A stretch of 63,834 nucleotides of DNA, counting the filler, from Reclinomonas americana ATCC 50394 (lineage: Eukaryota): NCBI GenBank assembly GCA_048213135.1. It is 23 parts of 23 records of this genome, joined end to end, with 100 filler letters (N's around TTAATTAATTAA, not from the genome) between each part and the next. Parts side by side here need not be neighbours in the genome. Positions count along the whole stretch, not along the records: positions 59,005 to 62,372 come from AFZH01024670.1; positions 62,473 to 63,834 come from AFZH01024671.1; 21 more parts are not named here. The stretch is one strand, 5' to 3'. The notes under the pieces are model-generated. The model was not told where the DNA came from and did not search any database. It was given only the letters and a program-made list of their open reading frames with translations. Position 1 is the stretch's first letter; every line of letters begins with the position of its first letter. This document shows, piece after piece, positions 59,650 through 63,834 of the stretch. Made by a program: the position numbers and the translations under genes.

Positions 59650-62372
59650 TTACGGCGCTGGTGGCACAGTGCCCTGAGCAATCCACGTGACGGTCACCGA
59701 TTCGACTGCGCAGGTGGGGGAGAGAGAGAGAGAGTCAGTGAACACAGTTGATGGACGAGCACAACTGGGAGGGAGAATACACACCAGTGCTGCCGGCAGT
59801 GATGCAGATCTGCAGGCTGTTGCTGCCGGCTGTATAGGTCGTCGAAATGTCAAAGTCGACACCGCCACCGGCCCCGGAAGCCGCCTGCCAGCCGGCAGCA
59901 AAGTAGGCCACCACTGGCGCTGCGGAGAACGCAGGCAAGCTGGAAACAGTGACACACTGCGGTGCCGAGCGATTTGTGTTGCTCATGGAGATGACCACCG
60001 AGTTCGAGGCCACCGTGTACGGCGGGCTGTTGGCAAAGGCCAGCATGCCGACCGTGAGTTGTGCCACTCGTGAGTTGCCGTACGTTCGCACACTGCCACT
60101 CGAGAAAGTGAGCATTCCTACTCACACACACTCGCTGACAGCGTGCAGACAACACTCACCGATCGACAAAGGCTCCGGTGGAGACACTGGCGACGGTGTT
60201 GTCGAAGCGATCGTCGGTGGTCGCCCGCGTCCACACGCCCTGCGGCACCGCCACCACACTGGTGGTGGTGGACGGGAAACCACCGCCCAGGTTGATGTTG
60301 AACGTCTGAGTGCGCGTGCTCGGCGTGGTGGAATCCATGTCGCCGCCGCTGAGCGCAAAGGCGCCGCTGGCCGTGGCCACAAAGGTCTTCGGGGTGTACA
60401 CGGCGAACCAGGTGACGGAGAAGTGGTCAATGGCGGCATCGCCGTCGGTGGAGCACGTAATGGTCAGCGACGAGGACGTCACGGCCGATCGGGCACACTG
60501 CACTCGCGACTCGGAGCCGCTGTGGACGCCAAGTGCCGACAGACCGAGCACGATGCGGGGAATGCCAGCTGTGCGGTGACGCAGAGAAAATGGTGAGGAG
60601 ATTGTGCCGTGCATGATGGCACAGCAAAGCGTCACCACTCACCAAAGCCCTCCGTAAACGCCATGGTGCGCGACAGCGATCGTGGGCCAGTGACTTGCTG
60701 CCACTCTGTCGGCTCAATGTCCACGGTGTCCGTCTGGGCGTCTGTGTCGGGCAACACAGCACGTGAGACAAACAAGACGGTTGGGAGCAACAAGGAGTGA
60801 GGCGCACGCAACGAGAGCCCACAGCGATAACGACACTGTCGAACGACTGCGGGGCGGCGCCGGTGCGAACAGCCATGCAGAGACGGAGGGCAGTGCCGCG
60901 AGTGGCAGTCACACTCACTTGCAAGGCGGTGCAGAGACCAGCGGTGCACACGGCCTGGCAGTAGTCGGACGTGGAGGTGCATGCGATCGGCTTCACCGTC
61001 ACCGACGGGTCGGACGAGGCAGAGCACGGCTGCGAGACGGGCACGAGCGACACAATGGTGCTGGCCGGACGCAGGTTGCTGCCGACAATTGTCAGTGTTG
61101 TGGCAACCGAAGTGTGGATTTCGGTCGGCGAGGCCGACATGGCAGTCGGCAGCGGGTCAATGTCTGCGAAAGTCGACGGTGAGTGACGAGAAGGGAAGAA
61201 TAAGAAAAGAGTGCAACAGAGCAATCGTACCAGCGCACAGCGGACCGGTGAAGCCGAGCGGGCACGAGCACGTGGCGACGGCGTTGGCGGCCGAGGTCTC
61301 GACACAGACGCCTCCGTTGGCACAGCCGAGAAGGCAAGAGCCGCAGTCGGCGCCCGACCAGCCAGCCAGGCATGTGCATACTGCGTCGCCGGTCGGTGCG
61401 GCGGTGCAGGTGCCGCCGTGCTGGCACGAGCGGGAGCACACGCTGCAAGTGGCACCACTCCAGCCGCTGTTGCACTGGCACGACGGCTGGCCGCTGGCGT
61501 TCGGTACGCAGCTGCCGTGGTTGCTGCACGAGAAGCCGGCGCACACGTCGACCTTGTTGGCGCAGGTGTCGCCAGTCCAGCCCACGTCGCACTGGCACTG
61601 GAAGGCGCCCGTGGAGGCGAGTGAGCACTGACCGTGTCCGTTGCAGGTGTCGGAGGTGCAGCTCGGCGCGGTGATCAGTGGCGCGAGAATGGTCAGCTTG
61701 ATGCTGCGCGCAATCAGCGCCGAGGTGGAGAAGCCCTGTGTTGTGTGAATGCAAAGTGAGTACGAGATGCCACACTGCAAGAAACAGGCAGCAACGGTCG
61801 CTCACCAGTGTGTTGTACGACTTCCACCCACGCACTTCCCAGGTGGTGCCGGGCACAGCGTTGCTCGGCACAGTGAGGGTCTTGGTGCCTGTGGCCGTTC
61901 CGAGCCACGACCACACTCCACGAGTGCTCAGCGGACTGCTGTCGACCATGAAGCCGACCCAGTCGTCCGAGTTGCCAGGGAACTGTGGGGTGATGCGTAA
62001 ATGACAAGGGGATGGAAACGATGGAATGGGTGCTGACTGCACGTACCCCAGTCCACGCCACGATAAATGAGTCGCCAGGTTGGGCAGACGTCTGCATGAA
62101 GGAAATGAGAAAGTCGCCCCTCAGCCACACAGCTACTACCACCGCCACCACCACCACCAACCTTGTTGATGTACAGAGCCGCCGACGACGTGCGCGTCTC
62201 GCACAGCGTGCCAGTAAAGCCGGTGGGGCACACGCAGCCAGAGCTGGTCGAGTTGCACGTGGAGCCATTCTGGCAGCTGGCGCACGTGTTGGCGCAGCCG
62301 GTGCCGAAGCGACCCGTCTGGCACGTGCACGAGCCGGTGGACGTGCAGAGGCCGAACTGACCGCACGTCTGC
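59650..62372 (-). CDS. EGF/IPT/H-type-lectin-like protein, haplotype B (5' partial)
   Basis: Collinear reverse-complement match to 29200-31904 with the same intron positions. Confidence 0.75.
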
Positions 62373-62472
62373 NNNNNNNNNNNNNNNNNNNNNNNNNNNN
62401 NNNNNNNNNNNNNNNNTTAATTAATTAANNNNNNNNNNNNNNNNNNNNNNNNNNNNNNNNNNNNNNNNNNNN

Positions 62473-63795
62473 GGCGCCAATACCGCACGAGTACGCATCA
62501 ACGTACTGACTGCAGCTGGTCAGCTGTGCAGTCGCGAAATCGTCGACCGATGTGCCTTCTGTATGCTCAAACAGTACCACGTTGTACGTAAATCGTTCAC
62601 TTTTTGCCCCTCGCTGACTCACGTGGTGCAGCGGCTATCGCGGCCGGCTTGCGGCGAGCGGCAACAGCAGCACGTCGAGCACTGGAACGTGCACGGGCGT
62701 CCATCGCCGTATCCACAGGAACCTGGCCCCACGCACCACCGCCGGCATGCCACGCGTACGCATACAGTTCGTTGTCTTTGCGTGACTCCACCCAGTGCCG
62801 AAAGCCGATGCTCTTGGTCGCAGTGCCGCCTTGCGGAGCTCTTGAATCGCCGCCTTTCAGCGCCACTGCGCCGCGCGCAGTCTCTTCCACGTCGTCATCC
62901 TCCTCCTCCTCCTCCACCTCATCCACCTTCCTCACTCCATTCTCCTCGTGATCTTCGCCGTCCCTCTCCTCTTCGTCCTCTGCGGCCACTTCGTCACCGC
63001 GGCCAACAGAGGCCGTGGCGCTGTCACTCGCGCTCGACCGAGTCGCGAGTAGGTGGGTGTGCGAATGAGGAGCCGCCGCGCTTGCACTCGCCATTGATTC
63101 GTGGCTGTGGCGACTAGGACGTGGTTGCTGTTGCCGCGGTCGCAGACGAGCGAGGATCAACGCCTCCTCACCAGCAATCGTTGAATTCCCGCAGTCGTCA
63201 TCGTCGGCGTCGGGATTCTCGACACCCCACGGCAGTGGGCCCCAGTCCATCACCAGTGCCGAACTGAAAACGCCGACCATCCAGTCGATTGTAGCGGTCG
63301 TGGAGTAAACAATCACCATCTTCTCCGGTGCAGCAGTGCTGTGCACACATTTCACGCGCACGACTGCAATAAGCAAGCAGAATCACACATGGCCATGGTC
63401 ACGGCAGATACAGTCGTGGCGACAAGGGAATTACCTTGATGGCGAAGCACCGATTACTGCCACTGCGCTTGCCAGCCACCCGATGCACCGAACATTCTCG
63501 GCACATGTGCCGGAACTGCGCAAAGCTGGAGGGGAACAACACTTTCACGTCGTCGGTAATCACAGCATTCGCCAGGCGGTACCTGTGTCGCACGCGCAGA
63601 AGTACGTGAGACGACATTCGAAACAATCATCCTCGGCATCGACAGCAGTACGACGCACACAAAGCAACGTGTCAGTGGATCAAAGCGCACCTCGCCTGCT
63701 TCGTCGTACACTGGAATGTACGGACGGTACGCCACCATGTACCGCTCGCGCTCGAGTGGCTCGGAGGCCCGCACGTCGGCCAGTGTAAAACCCAT
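62473..63795 (-). CDS. Multi-exon hypothetical protein with an acidic tract (partial)
   Basis: Protein-like frames (RYMVAYRPYIPVYD; HMCRECSVH; MVIVYSTTATIDWMVGVF; EEEEEEDDDVEE; FTYNVVLFEH) linked by intron-like gaps. No family recognised. Confidence 0.35.
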
Positions 63796-63834
63796 CTATC
63801 CGGCAATGCAGCACCGGGAGACTCGCGGAGCCCA

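Overview
This is not one locus. It is 23 short contigs (about 1.1-3.8 kb) joined by artificial 100-nt spacers (44 N + TTAATTAATTAA + 44 N). Most contigs come from a GC-rich eukaryote, probably a protist, with many short GT-AG introns and microsatellites. Its genes include a neutral ceramidase, an M1 aminopeptidase split over two contigs, an LYR protein, the last exon of hemE (two haplotypes), WD40, LRR and FN3 surface-type proteins, an EGF/IPT/H-type-lectin-like protein (two haplotypes) and a DIRS-type retrotransposon. Four contigs are bacterial: two alphaproteobacterial-like and two actinobacterial-like. Two things stand out. (1) A spliced eukaryotic gene, reconstructable over three contigs (18944->17064, 16963->15247, 3763->1953), encodes at least 10 phage-tail-fibre-like 'VGIGxxxPxxxLHVxGG' modules and ends in an intact Peptidase_S74 self-cleaving chaperone plus coiled coil. 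(2) The DIRS gag and pol are in one frame, separated by a single UGA in the UGA-CUAG readthrough context. All family calls are motif recognition by eye; no searches were run.
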